Shown: positions 8,373 through 18,170, counted from the stretch's first letter. The stretch is 61,831 nucleotides of DNA from Candidatus Babelota bacterium (GCA_042576345.1 JBHPCE010000001.1:1-61831); one strand, 5' to 3'. The notes: generated by a model not told the origin, from the sequence alone. Numbers and translations: made by a program.

Positions 8373-9680
8373 ATGATGAAGAAAAATATATTGATAGTTC
8401 TTGCCATGGCGTTGTTTGCGGGCGGCGTGAGTTTTAGTGCTCATGCGAGTGACAACGTAGATCCTATGGTTAAAGCACTACAGGACGCTGGTTTTGGAAA
8501 GGGTGAATTAGAGGATTGGCAAAACTGTGATATAACAAGCTTAACTCATCTTAATTTATTCGAAGGAAAATCTTTTCACGAATATGCACAAACTGCCCAA
8601 GAAGCCGCAACCGTAGCTAAGAAACTGCAAGCCAAAGGAATTTCCAGTATGAGCCTTGACACAATTGTATCAATCGTTCATGGCAGAGATAGTCTTGATG
8701 CCGCAATAGAAAGACTCGCGAGCAAAAAAGAAAAAGAAGAAGAAGAAGAAGAGTACGATGATCTAAGCGATGACCATGGCGAAGGCCGCGGTGGTGACGA
8801 AGACGCTGTCGGCGGCGGTGATGGCTATGAAGGCGGCGGTGAAGGAGGCGGTGAAGGCGCTGTCGGTGAAGGCGGCGGTAAAGAAGACGACGATGCTGAC
8901 GACGGCCCCACAACCCCAAGATCTTCCTCACCAGACCAAGGCGTAGAAGGCGGCTACGAAGAAGGCGATGACTACGACGAAGAAGGCGGCGGCGGTGAAG
9001 GCTACGAGGAAGGTGGCTACGAGGAAGAAGGCTACGAAGAAGGCGGCAGAGATAACAACGTCGTATCTTGCCCAAACTGTGTTCATATGAACAATCCTGG
9101 ATCTACTGAATGCGCAAAATGCTTTAGCCCGCTTAGTAAACCAAACTACAATCTTTGCAGAAATTGTAAGCGATTTAGCAATTGCCAAGAAACTACATGT
9201 CCATTTTGTAATGGAACTCTAGATAAATATAATCCTCCAAAAGATTCCGGCGAACATCACGATGATGGCGACGATGACAAAACTGGATGGTTATGTACAA
9301 GCTGTTTTAAAATGAACACTATTCAAGCCAATGAATGCGCATACTGCCACCAACATATTAATCTAGGGTCCCAGGACAATGATTCCGACAAAGACTCTGG
9401 TCATTACTCAACCCTCACGCAACTGTTCTGGGCAGGAAAATATAATCTTGGAGCTGTAACAACAATTTCTGGCTCAGCAGCACTTGCTCTTTACATCGCT
9501 GCAAAAGTAGCTAAACACAGAGGCTGCAGCGCAAAAGTTGTAAAAACCTTGAAACAGCTTGCGATAGCTGGGGGCACATTGGGTGCTGGCGCATTTGTTT
9601 GGAACGGTGGAAGCATGTTGTTTGATAATCTATCGTCAGCTTGTGATAAAGACGAAAAAGCTCCAACTCCAATCAAATAA
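8373..9680 (+). CDS. Secreted acidic G/E/D-rich protein with RanBP2-type zinc fingers and a C-terminal hydrophobic hairpin
   Basis: The signal peptide reads MMKKNILIVLAMALFAGGVSFSAHA. CPNCVHMNNPGSTECAKC and WLCTSCFKMNTIQANECAYC fit (W)xCx2Cx3Nx6Cx2C. A third Cys4/5 ribbon is CRNCKRFSNCQETTCPFC. The RBS GAGAGG lies upstream. Confidence 0.8.
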   Translation: MMKKNILIVLAMALFAGGVSFSAHASDNVDPMVKALQDAGFGKGELEDWQNCDITSLTHLNLFEGKSFHEYAQTAQEAATVAKKLQAKGISSMSLDTIVSIVHGRDSLDAAIERLASKKEKEEEEEEYDDLSDDHGEGRGGDEDAVGGGDGYEGGGEGGGEGAVGEGGGKEDDDADDGPTTPRSSSPDQGVEGGYEEGDDYDEEGGGGEGYEEGGYEEEGYEEGGRDNNVVSCPNCVHMNNPGSTECAKCFSPLSKPNYNLCRNCKRFSNCQETTCPFCNGTLDKYNPPKDSGEHHDDGDDDKTGWLCTSCFKMNTIQANECAYCHQHINLGSQDNDSDKDSGHYSTLTQLFWAGKYNLGAVTTISGSAALALYIAAKVAKHRGCSAKVVKTLKQLAIAGGTLGAGAFVWNGGSMLFDNLSSACDKDEKAPTPIK

Positions 9681-9714
9681 TAATCTAGACAACGTTTAAA
9701 TTAACTTAAAACCG

Positions 9715-9737
9715 TGGGGGCGGATTTACCGGCCCCA
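9715..9737. terminator. Hairpin between convergent genes
   Basis: The sequence is tggggGcgg-attta-ccgGcccca with one G.G mismatch. It is followed by a T-rich stretch. Confidence 0.4.
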
Positions 9738-9741
9738 TCTC

Positions 9742-10788
9742 TTATTTTGTAGCTATGTACTCAAGAACGTCCAAGTTCCTTGGAAAAAAATCCTTATTTT
9801 TTCTGGATTCGCACCAAATTTTCTTTGTCTCATCACTCGAGCAACGCTCAATAAGCCCGTCTATCGAACAAAGAACATTTTCTGGAATAATTACCACTTT
9901 TGTCTTCCTTCCTGTGGTCATGTACACAACAGAAGCCGCAAAGAGACTTTCACTGTCGCACAATCCCTTAAGACAGGTTTTTTCAAGATGCGTAAAATTG
10001 AGCTGTATCGACAACTGCTTATTCTCAATTGATATCCCTCTTTTGCCTCCTTTAGCTTTCCAGCCTAAGTAATTGCACCCCGCAAGACTCCACAGAGCTT
10101 TGTTAAGCTCTATAAACTCATGTTCCATCCTGCCGACAACAGTTGTGTAATAATTTGTAACGCTTTTTAAAACTTCAAAAACCTGCCGCAACTCACTCAC
10201 ACTCAATAGTCTGGAATAACAATCTAGTTCGCGATTCTCACTTCTTGAAAAACTGGTTAAAATTCCAGGCATCAAAATAGCGGCAACGCCTCCTTTGTAC
10301 CTCAAAGATATTGTGAACGGCACTTCCCAACGAACGCTAAACCCAGTTTCCACTTCCTCGTGTGGCCAGGAAAAGTGGCAATAATTTGGAAACTCTTTTG
10401 TCAAAAACATCGAAAAAGTACGTTCGATAGGCGAATTCATGTACTCTGCGACAAGCTCACAAAGCTCTTCTGGAGAATCCTCCCAGGCGTTGTAAACAAT
10501 ATTTTTAAGTTCACAGCAGTTTCTTATCTCTCGCTGGTTAAGCTCTGTTGAAGAGATGGATACAGTGGTCAAAACGCCCAATAATGAAAATACAGATTTT
10601 AACCTCTTTGTCATCCCAGGCTTTGACCTGGGATCTAAACCGATTAATCCCAAATAATTTAACAGAAAATCTTGCTTAGAGCGGCATTCAGACTTTGTTT
10701 CCTTGATCATTTTTATCAAAAAACGGAATAGATCCCAGATCAAGTCTGGGATGACAGATTTGTCTAAAAACGACGCTAACAACTTCAT
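9742..10788 (-). CDS. Hypothetical protein whose annotated 5' end runs through a MITE
   Basis: The ORF of 348 aa has no recognisable motif. Residues 1-59 are a translation of MITE copy 2 (VIPDLIWDL, GLDPRSKPGM). A more likely start is the ATG at 10614, inside the MITE terminus gggATGaca, which gives MTKRLKSVFSLLGVLTTV.... Confidence 0.55.
   Translation of the reverse strand: MKLLASFLDKSVIPDLIWDLFRFLIKMIKETKSECRSKQDFLLNYLGLIGLDPRSKPGMTKRLKSVFSLLGVLTTVSISSTELNQREIRNCCELKNIVYNAWEDSPEELCELVAEYMNSPIERTFSMFLTKEFPNYCHFSWPHEEVETGFSVRWEVPFTISLRYKGGVAAILMPGILTSFSRSENRELDCYSRLLSVSELRQVFEVLKSVTNYYTTVVGRMEHEFIELNKALWSLAGCNYLGWKAKGGKRGISIENKQLSIQLNFTHLEKTCLKGLCDSESLFAASVVYMTTGRKTKVVIIPENVLCSIDGLIERCSSDETKKIWCESRKNKDFFPRNLDVLEYIATK
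10609..10756 (-). mobile_element. MITE copy 2 (shorter, inverted orientation)
   Basis: The termini are tgtcatcccaggctttgacctgggatc ... gatcccagatcaagtctgggatgaca. The internal sequence aligns to the reverse complement of copy 1. Confidence 0.8.
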
Positions 10789-10896
10789 ACGCTCAAAACC
10801 TCCATTTGCCTAGCTGCATAGATTTTAAGTCGTCAAACAAAACCTTTGGGACTACTTTTACACGCAAATATGCCCATAAATCAAGCAAAAAAGCTC

Positions 10897-12105
10897 TTAA
10901 ATGAACAAGCTTACAACAGCAGCATTCAAAAGGTTTACCAGAGTGCCACCCAACAAAGCTCTTAGACCAAGCCTTATTAAAACACCCCTCTTGGAAGGCA
11001 CCAGAGAGCCCAGCCCCCCAATTTGAATCCCTATCGATGGAAGACTTGCAAATCCACACAGTGCGTAAGTCATTATGGCCAAAGAACGCTCAGAAAGATT
11101 AGCTTTTAAGAGGCCCATATAACCCACAAATTCGTTTATAATTAGTTTCTTCCCCAGAACAGACCCCGCCGCTAAACTTTCGCTTCCCGGAATTCCTATG
11201 ATTCTAGCCACAAACGAAAAAATAAACCCCAAGATGGTTTCAAATGTGTACGCTGTGCCAAAAATCAAAGTGGTAATCTTGGCCATCAAAAAATTGGCCA
11301 TAGCGATCAAGCTTATAAATGAGATGAGCATTGCCATAACATTAAGCGCTAAACCTAAACCATCTGTTGTTCCTGTAGAAATCGCATCAATAACATTTGA
11401 AGTTGTAGGCTGTGCAACCTGATCTGTTTTTTCAATATCTGCTTCCGTTTCTGGCATCAGAATTTTTGAAATTAAAATTGAAGATGGAACGGCCATTACA
11501 CTCGCTGTCAAAAGGTGAGATACGGGAATCCCAAGAGATGCATACACGGCCAAAATAGCGCCACTTATTGTCGCCATTCCACTGACCATTACAAGAAATA
11601 TCTGAGAATCGCTCATGCTCGAAATGTAATTTTTCACCAAAAGAGGCGCTTCGGTTTGGCCCAGTAGAATGTTGGCAACAGCACAAAGCGTTTCTGCCCC
11701 AGCTGTCCCCAAAAACGGCCTTATAACCTTGGAAATGCCCGAAACCACCACCTGGATTACACCAATGTGAAACAAAAGTGACATAAACGCGCTAAAAAAT
11801 ATTATTAATGATGCAACCTTTATGGCAAAAATTAACTTCCACGGTCCCGCAGGATCAGCAAGCTCTCCAAAAACAAACCCAGCCCCACTACCGGCAAAAT
11901 CTTGTAGTGAGACAACTGCCGAAGCACAGTATGAAAAAAGAGTTTGCCCAAATGAAGTTTTTAGAATCAAGACACACAAGATCACCTGAAAAATAAGAGC
12001 TTTTAATGCGTAGTCTAAGCGTATTTTAGACCTGTTTACGGAAAACGCGTAAGCTGTTAACAAAATTGAAAAAATACCAATTAAACCCGTAAATTGGCCA
12101 AGCAT
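10897..12105 (-). CDS. nupC: Concentrative nucleoside transporter (NupC/CNT family)
   Basis: It is a polytopic protein of 402 aa. It carries the CNT-type motifs GKKLIINEFVGY and GFASLPSIGIQIGG. Confidence 0.8.
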   Translation of the reverse strand: MLGQFTGLIGIFSILLTAYAFSVNRSKIRLDYALKALIFQVILCVLILKTSFGQTLFSYCASAVVSLQDFAGSGAGFVFGELADPAGPWKLIFAIKVASLIIFFSAFMSLLFHIGVIQVVVSGISKVIRPFLGTAGAETLCAVANILLGQTEAPLLVKNYISSMSDSQIFLVMVSGMATISGAILAVYASLGIPVSHLLTASVMAVPSSILISKILMPETEADIEKTDQVAQPTTSNVIDAISTGTTDGLGLALNVMAMLISFISLIAMANFLMAKITTLIFGTAYTFETILGFIFSFVARIIGIPGSESLAAGSVLGKKLIINEFVGYMGLLKANLSERSLAIMTYALCGFASLPSIGIQIGGLGSLVPSKRGVLIRLGLRALLGGTLVNLLNAAVVSLFI

Positions 12106-12158
12106 CCAGGTCTCCTTTCACGCCAAAAACCGATAGAATTCTTCAAATTTCCCTTTAA

Positions 12159-12328
12159 TGTCATCCCAGACTTGATCTGGGATCTATACCTTTTTTTTGC
12201 TAAAAAAATATTTTGGTTCATGAAATTTTATCTTATCAGTTTAAGCTCGTAATCCTTGTTAACGCATCTTTCGTCATGAAGTTTCCTGTATTAAGCGGCC
12301 TAGATCCCAGATCGAGTCTGGGATGACA
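12159..12328 (+). mobile_element. MITE copy 3
   Basis: It has the same termini and internal sequence as copy 1 (gggatctataccttttttttgctaaaaaaatattttggttcatgaaatt...). Confidence 0.85.
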
Positions 12329-12425
12329 ATAGGTTAAAAAAATCGCTTAAACACCCTGCTCCAAAAATTCTCCTCACGACAACCAACTAAGAACGCCTTG
12401 CCATACATCCAAAAATTTTTTGATT

Positions 12426-13481
12426 CTAAACATCGATATTTTTTGTTCTCTTTTCCCGATCAGCAGCCATAAGAGGACCTATAACATCATCTAAATCGCC
12501 CTGCATTACAAGGTCCAATTTTTTCAGTGTCAAGCCAATGCGGTGGTCTGTAACACGATTTTGTGGAAAATTATACGTACGAATTTTCTCAGATCTCTCT
12601 CCTGTACCAACTTGCTCCTTACGCGCTGAGCTTCTCTCTTGTTCCAGCCTCTCACGCTCAGCTTCAAAAAGCCTTGATCTAAGAACCTTTAAAGCTTTTT
12701 CCCGATTTTTCAGCTGTGATCGCTCTTCCTGACAACTAACGACAACCCCGGTCGGAACATGTGTTATACGCACAGCAGAATCTGTTGTATTGACATGCTG
12801 CCCACCTGCGCCACTGGCCCTAAAAGTGTCAATCCGAAGGTCTGAAGGATTTATTGAAATATCAACTTCGCTTGCTTCTGGCATTACAGCAACTGTGATT
12901 GTTGAAGTGTGAATTCTTCCAGCAGCCTCTGTTGTTGGAACCCTTTGCACTCTGTGAACACCTGCCTCATGTTTGAAGAGCGCAAACGCACCCTTTCCCT
13001 TGACGTACATTACAATTTCTCTAAATCCACCAACTTCTGTTGGACTCTCGGATGTCACCGAAACCGTCCACCCTTTGTTTTGGGCATATGCACTGTACAT
13101 CTTGAAAAGATCTGCAACAAACAAAGATGCTTCCTGGCCACCAGCACCTGCTCTAAGCTCTAAAAACGCCGGTTTTGCATCGCACACATCTGGTGGCGAT
13201 AAAATATCTTCAAGCTCATGCATAAGCTCTTCACGGCGCCCTTTAGCGTCTTTTAGCTCATCTTCGTACAAGGCCTTGAGCTCATCGTCTAACTCTGCAC
13301 CACGCTTGCACTCACGAATTTCTAGGTCCAGCTTGTTCATTTCATCATGCAATGATAAAAGCCGCCCAAGTTGGGCGGCTCTTCTTTGAAGACTTACACG
13401 CTTTTCACGGGGAACGGAGGCATCGGCCAATTTGTCAGATATCTCAGAAAACTCTTTACGTAATTCCGGCCAATCTATCAT
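12426..13481 (-). CDS. prfA: Peptide chain release factor 1
   Basis: It has the GGQ motif ([23 protein letters not shown]). The RF1-type tripeptide region reads [18 protein letters not shown], with no SPF motif. Confidence 0.9.
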   Translation of the reverse strand: MIDWPELRKEFSEISDKLADASVPREKRVSLQRRAAQLGRLLSLHDEMNKLDLEIRECKRGAELDDELKALYEDELKDAKGRREELMHELEDILSPPDVCDAKPAFLELRAGAGGQEASLFVADLFKMYSAYAQNKGWTVSVTSESPTEVGGFREIVMYVKGKGAFALFKHEAGVHRVQRVPTTEAAGRIHTSTITVAVMPEASEVDISINPSDLRIDTFRASGAGGQHVNTTDSAVRITHVPTGVVVSCQEERSQLKNREKALKVLRSRLFEAERERLEQERSSARKEQVGTGERSEKIRTYNFPQNRVTDHRIGLTLKKLDLVMQGDLDDVIGPLMAADREKRTKNIDV

Positions 13482-13514
13482 TAGCTCCCCCGCTGCAAAG
13501 AAAAAGTATAAAAC

Positions 13515-13754
13515 TTACTTTTTTTTGTTCTTTTTATTTTTCTTGGCACCATCACCAACATTTGCATACCTGGCTTGGAATTTTTCAATTCGCCCAGCCC
13601 TGTCCACAAACTTTTGTTGACCAGTGAAAAACGGATGGCAAGCAGAACATATATCGATTTCTATCTTAGACTTTGTAGAAACTGTCGAAAACTTGTTTCC
13701 GCAAGCACAAACCACCGTGGATTCAAATCTTTCCGGATGAATTCCTTTTTTCAT
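13515..13754 (-). CDS. rpmE: 50S ribosomal protein L31 with a K-rich C-terminal tail
   Basis: The translation reads MKKGIHPE...CACGN...[28 protein letters not shown]. The start is set at the internal ATG (13754) of tracked ORF 13515-13787. Confidence 0.9.
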   Translation of the reverse strand: MKKGIHPERFESTVVCACGNKFSTVSTKSKIEIDICSACHPFFTGQQKFVDRAGRIEKFQARYANVGDGAKKNKKNKKK

Positions 13755-13774
13755 AACTTTCACATCTCCAGCAA

Positions 13775-14806
13775 TCACCCGCCGCAAACTTTTTTTACGC
13801 TGCGACGCAATTTACCAATCACTTCCACTCTTCGAACATCCACTCCCAACTTAATTCCCAAGTTGTAAGAGGCAAAATCTGGCCAAATAACATGGGAAAT
13901 AAGCTGATTACACCAATTATCTCCCAAAACTCTCGGTCTGTAAAGCTGAGTATTATTTTCCCTCACGATATCGCAAAACTTATCTACGGCGTATGCCAAT
14001 TTCTTGTCCAAAAATTCCGTTGTAAAAACCAATGCTGCAGCAGGTTTCGAATTTTCACCAAAGCCCTCTATTAAATTGTGGTGAGCTTCTGGCAATCCAG
14101 AAAAAACAGCTCTAATTTTGGAATTCTCATTGAATTGTGTCTGAGCCCTGTAAGCCGCCCAAAAAGTATCACCGCTAACACCAAAAATATGCAAATCACG
14201 ATTTTCAAAATCTATTTCTAAAAAGTCGCTGTATTCACGCTTGTCAGAAAAAACCTCAACAACGCGTTCTATGTGCGTATTCAAATCATCTATTAAATTG
14301 GCAATTTCGACAAAACCTAAATTATCAATCAAAGAAAGTAATATCCCAACAAACCTGCCCAGCTCTTCGCGCGGCGTAGCACCAGTTTTAGGAGTATTCA
14401 AAACCCATGCTCCAGCCTTGCAAGCCTTTTCTGCCAAAATTCCGCCGACAGTAATCGCGCACAAATTCGCACCACAACCAACTACCCTGTCCAGAACATC
14501 CAAAATTTCCCAAGTATTTCCCGAATGAGAAACCAAAACCAAAAGATCCCCGCGGCCTAAATCAACCGGTATATCAAACGGATCCGATGCCAAAACTTTT
14601 GTACAGCCATTCCTAGAAGAGATCATGGAAACAATCTTCCCGGCTATGCCAGAGCCACCAATGCCGGTAATTACAACCCTGGAAAGCTTTTCTGAAAGAA
14701 TTTCACTATTATTTTCGAAAAAGTCCTTAGCGAGCTTAACTCCCTCACGAAACTTTTTCGGCCACAACAAGTACTCAGACACAACATAATCTCCAAAAAT
14801 AGGCAA
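13775..14806 (-). CDS. SIS-domain bifunctional phosphoglucose/phosphomannose isomerase-like protein
   Basis: It carries GIGGSGIAG and [12 protein letters not shown] motifs. Its length (343 aa) fits the PGI/PMI family. Confidence 0.7.
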   Translation of the reverse strand: MPIFGDYVVSEYLLWPKKFREGVKLAKDFFENNSEILSEKLSRVVITGIGGSGIAGKIVSMISSRNGCTKVLASDPFDIPVDLGRGDLLVLVSHSGNTWEILDVLDRVVGCGANLCAITVGGILAEKACKAGAWVLNTPKTGATPREELGRFVGILLSLIDNLGFVEIANLIDDLNTHIERVVEVFSDKREYSDFLEIDFENRDLHIFGVSGDTFWAAYRAQTQFNENSKIRAVFSGLPEAHHNLIEGFGENSKPAAALVFTTEFLDKKLAYAVDKFCDIVRENNTQLYRPRVLGDNWCNQLISHVIWPDFASYNLGIKLGVDVRRVEVIGKLRRSVKKVCGG

Positions 14807-14809
14807 AAA

Positions 14810-15667
14810 TCAAAGTTTGATTATTGAGGCCTCATCCCTTAAAATCTTTACATATTCACTATATCTCTTCTGCTTTTCCGCCTCTATCAGTTGCCTGCTT
14901 ATCTCCACACGCCTTTCATCAAGAGTTTTCAACCTTTTGGGAAATCGTTTAACCATCATAATTATCTGCTGCCCAACCTCGCTCTTGAAAGGCTTAGAAA
15001 TAGCTCCCTCAGGCATTCTTGAAACAAACTTCATATTTTCAGCAAGTTGCTTTTTATCAATTTTTCCTAGTTCAATCCAATCGAAATCTACCCCGCACCT
15101 ATCTTTTACCAACTTTTCCGCTTCTTCATCACTCAAGAAGGCCGATTTAAGCTCGTACGCTTCTTCTACGCAAACAGGATGTTTTTTGTAAAATTCAACA
15201 ACCTTTTTTTCTACAACATTTTCCTGATCAGAAAGAACGCTGTTTTTAAGTCTAGCCACCATGCCAACCCTGAAAAATTGTTTCTCCAAGCGCCTTTTTG
15301 AAAGGCCCAGCTGCCTAAGCCATTTGTCCCAAGCCTCGTCGCTACACCCAGAAAGACCGTTTGAACGCTTTAATCCGTTTGCTTGTGCTTCTATCTCCAC
15401 AGGACTAACCGTTATACCGTATTCAACAGCCTTTTGAACCAGAAGTTCTTCGTCAATTATTTGATCTTGCTTGAGTGGTTTTAAATTATTATCTAATCTC
15501 GGCTCAGATAAATCTGAATTTAAAAAACGAACACCGTTTACAACCACAACACTCTTGTCAACCAACTTTTTTCCGCTCTCCTTTTTTCCTGCAAGGCAAA
15601 AATTTGCAGCAAAAAACAAAAAAAGACAAAACCTGAAACTAGCTAAAAGCATTCTTCCAAGCACCAT
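14810..15667 (-). CDS. Periplasmic SurA-like chaperone / PPIase-related protein
   Basis: It has a signal peptide. Its N-terminal region (VVVVNGVRFLNSDL..., IDEELLVQKAVEYGITVS) resembles the SurA N-domain. The assignment is by resemblance only. Confidence 0.5.
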   Translation of the reverse strand: MVLGRMLLASFRFCLFLFFAANFCLAGKKESGKKLVDKSVVVVNGVRFLNSDLSEPRLDNNLKPLKQDQIIDEELLVQKAVEYGITVSPVEIEAQANGLKRSNGLSGCSDEAWDKWLRQLGLSKRRLEKQFFRVGMVARLKNSVLSDQENVVEKKVVEFYKKHPVCVEEAYELKSAFLSDEEAEKLVKDRCGVDFDWIELGKIDKKQLAENMKFVSRMPEGAISKPFKSEVGQQIIMMVKRFPKRLKTLDERRVEISRQLIEAEKQKRYSEYVKILRDEASIIKL

Positions 15668-15748
15668 TTTCTCCTCAGTTTAAACAAACATTTACTGAAA
15701 AAAGGGAGGGCCCTCGAGCCCTCCCTCAGACCTTTCAGAAAATATAGC

Positions 15749-16711
15749 TTATTTTCTGAAAAAATCCTCATTAACTTTAAGCGATGATCCCTCTTTGAAG
15801 CCTTCAAGCTTCGAATTAAGAATTTCACCAAAAGCCTTTTCTTCGAGCATTGATTTGATTTGAGGTTTTACCTCGTCAAACTTGTAGAATTCTGCATCTT
15901 TTTTGTCCATTACAAAGACAACCCAGAATTCCTTGTCACCAACTTCAACGATGCCTGCACCTGGGAATTTTTTCATTCCGAGAGCTTTTTTGGCAACCTT
16001 GTCAGGAGCACCTCTAAATGCCGCCTCTGTCACTCTACCAAAGTCTCTGTAGGTGGCTTTTTTGGCAGCCTTTGCGGCCTTTTCAAAGTCAGCAATTGTC
16101 TTGGCACTAACACTTGTTGCAAAGTTCTTAGCATCTTCCTCGCTAGCAAATTTTGCACCAGCAAGTCTTACTCCACCAGCAACTTTTGTGTAGCGTTCTT
16201 TATTGTTATCAAACTCTTTCTGAATCTCTGAGTCCTTGACGGTTATCTCTCCGCGCATGCTTGCAACGAATTTTTCTACTACCAAAGCATCTTCTAATGC
16301 TTCAACTCTGTCAGCAAGTTCACGCTTGAACTCCGAAGAATCTTTTATTTTGTTATCAGATCCCCAAACTTCCTTGATTAAAATTACGTTTAACCAATCA
16401 TTAAGAAGTTTTAATTTTGCTTCGGATGGAACCGTTGCAGGATCAATATCTTTTGTATAAGCGTTAGCTTGAAGCATCTGCCTCAATTTGTCATTAAAAG
16501 CACTTTCCATAATCACAGGCTTACCGCGAATCTCCGCCAAGACAGCGCCAGTACCTTTAGCCCCGGTAACACCTTCGGCTATCACCTGCCTAGGTTTAGC
16601 TTTTTTGCCAAAAATCCAGGACCAATCGCATCCCGGTATCAAAAACAATACAGCACATAAAGCAATACCAGACATTGCCTTTGCTGCGTTAGACCTCTTT
16701 AGCAGTTTCAT
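15749..16711 (-). CDS. Lipoprotein, SurA/PpiD/PrsA-like chaperone
   Basis: The start is trimmed to the ATG at 16711, which has a GAGGGA RBS 7 nt upstream. This gives MKLLKRSNAAKAMSGIALCAVLFLIPGC with a lipobox. The longer tracked ORF to 16942 would overlap the divergent gene. Confidence 0.55.
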   Translation of the reverse strand: MKLLKRSNAAKAMSGIALCAVLFLIPGCDWSWIFGKKAKPRQVIAEGVTGAKGTGAVLAEIRGKPVIMESAFNDKLRQMLQANAYTKDIDPATVPSEAKLKLLNDWLNVILIKEVWGSDNKIKDSSEFKRELADRVEALEDALVVEKFVASMRGEITVKDSEIQKEFDNNKERYTKVAGGVRLAGAKFASEEDAKNFATSVSAKTIADFEKAAKAAKKATYRDFGRVTEAAFRGAPDKVAKKALGMKKFPGAGIVEVGDKEFWVVFVMDKKDAEFYKFDEVKPQIKSMLEEKAFGEILNSKLEGFKEGSSLKVNEDFFRK

Positions 16712-16924
16712 ATTCGTTTCCCTCATAAGTAAGAACTGCCAACAAAACAACAACATACTTAGCAAATGTACCACAGAACAGCATATTTTCAAGGAAAATA
16801 ATGAAAATTTTACAACATCATTTCCAACAAGGTAAAACCAATGAAAAAAGTTTGCACTTTCTTGTATTTTTGATAGCGTAGCCAAATTCAAAGACCACAA
16901 AAAACATTCTGAAAGGGGAAAGGA

Positions 16925-17935
16925 ATGAGAGAGAGGACTCAATGCTTTGTAACGTACATACTTATTATCACTTTTATTTACTCTTACATCTGCGATTCTA
17001 GTGAAAAGATTTCCAGAGAAGAACTATCCGAAATGCCATTAGCATCGCATTCAAAACTAAGTCAAGTGTTCGAAGACAAACAAAATCTTGCAAATACCCT
17101 ACTTAACGTAACTCTTCTACCGGAGGATTTAATAAGGTATTGCATAGTGCCATACATAGGATTTACCAGAGCACACACATACGACGGAGCCAGGCTCACC
17201 CACACAATTCTTTTTGATGAGGCTGGCAATATTTACCAACACAATCACGCCGTTGGACTCGTTAAATATGAGGAAGCAAAGATGGAATTTAAAAAAATAA
17301 GAGAAGTGGACCAAAAACTTTTAAACGAAATTATGGAAGATACAAAAAAACAGGAAGAGTTGAAAAGACAATATGAAGGCGCCGAATCTATAAACTATTC
17401 GGACATCCCCTGTGCAAACTTTTTGGATTTAGAGGATCTTAACAGAGATTTCAAGTTCTCATTCAAGGAAGACGAGTACTTTGTTACACAAAACGGCCAA
17501 TGCTACAAAGACACAGAAGAAAGGCTTGTCAGATGTATCTTTGCACACAACAAGAGAGACTTTAGAAAAGAATTTCTAAATCAAACAAGCGGCTTAATGC
17601 GCCTCTTATCACCTTCAACGTGGATTGCTTTGGGAGGAATCGTTGGCTGCATTCTCATAGGTAAGTTCAAAGAAAAAGAAATTAAAAAAATTAAATCAAA
17701 AAAAATACACCGACGTGAAAAAAGAGCCCAAATTAAAAAGCTTGAGGAAAAAGTTCAAAAATGGCTTTTGCTCTCATATGGTGCTTCAGCACTCGGCTTT
17801 ATAGTGGCAACTCTTTACGATGGAGAGCGCCTATCCGACTCAAACTGCCCAGAAGACTACATACAAGCACTCTTAAGCTGTCCAATCAACGTCACCGCAA
17901 GACAAGCTTGGATGAAGGCGACAGGCAAAATCTAG
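16925..17935 (+). CDS. Hypothetical membrane protein with a TM - basic loop - TM hairpin
   Basis: The N-terminus is signal-like. The hairpin reads WIALGGIVGCILIG - KFKEKEIKKIKSKKIHRREKRAQIKKLEEKVQK - WLLLSYGASALGFIVATLY. Confidence 0.6.
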   Translation: MRERTQCFVTYILIITFIYSYICDSSEKISREELSEMPLASHSKLSQVFEDKQNLANTLLNVTLLPEDLIRYCIVPYIGFTRAHTYDGARLTHTILFDEAGNIYQHNHAVGLVKYEEAKMEFKKIREVDQKLLNEIMEDTKKQEELKRQYEGAESINYSDIPCANFLDLEDLNRDFKFSFKEDEYFVTQNGQCYKDTEERLVRCIFAHNKRDFRKEFLNQTSGLMRLLSPSTWIALGGIVGCILIGKFKEKEIKKIKSKKIHRREKRAQIKKLEEKVQKWLLLSYGASALGFIVATLYDGERLSDSNCPEDYIQALLSCPINVTARQAWMKATGKI

Positions 17936-18000
17936 CCATAGCAAATAATGCTTAAATTTAGACAAGTTAAATATTGAATTTTCCCGTATTTTTTCTCTAA

Positions 18001-18170
18001 TGTCATCCCAGACTCGATCTGGGATCTCTTCCTCTTAATTTAAACAGCCTTGCTATGAAAGGCGCTTGAATAGACATTTCCCAGCTTAAAACATTCCTGT
18101 TCAAATTCTATGAACCAAAACATTTTATGGCAAAAAAAGGACTAGATCCCAGATCAAGTCTGGGATGACA
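18001..18170 (-). mobile_element. MITE copy 4 (inverted orientation)
   Basis: It has the same termini. Its reverse complement aligns with copy 1 (gggatctagtcctttttttgccataaaatgttttggttcatagaa...). Confidence 0.85.

Noticed and set aside
8617-9188. Minus-strand ORFs (152 and 86 aa, R/L/H-rich) lie opposite the acidic region of the RanBP2-finger gene.
   Set aside because: They are antisense to GAA/GGC repeats. Their composition is implausible and they have no RBS.
10793-11059. An 88-aa minus-strand ORF overlaps the 3' end of nupC in another frame.
   Set aside because: It lies inside or adjacent to a well-supported transporter gene. It has no RBS and an odd composition.
12973-13389. A 138-aa Ser-rich plus-strand ORF lies inside prfA.
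   Set aside because: It is antisense to a gene with GGQ and RF1 motifs.
16712-16942. A 77-codon 5' extension of the chaperone lipoprotein ORF overlaps the divergent gene start at 16925.
   Set aside because: The internal ATG at 16711 has a good RBS and yields a canonical lipoprotein signal (LIPGC). The extension is Cys/Phe/Leu-rich with no homology logic.
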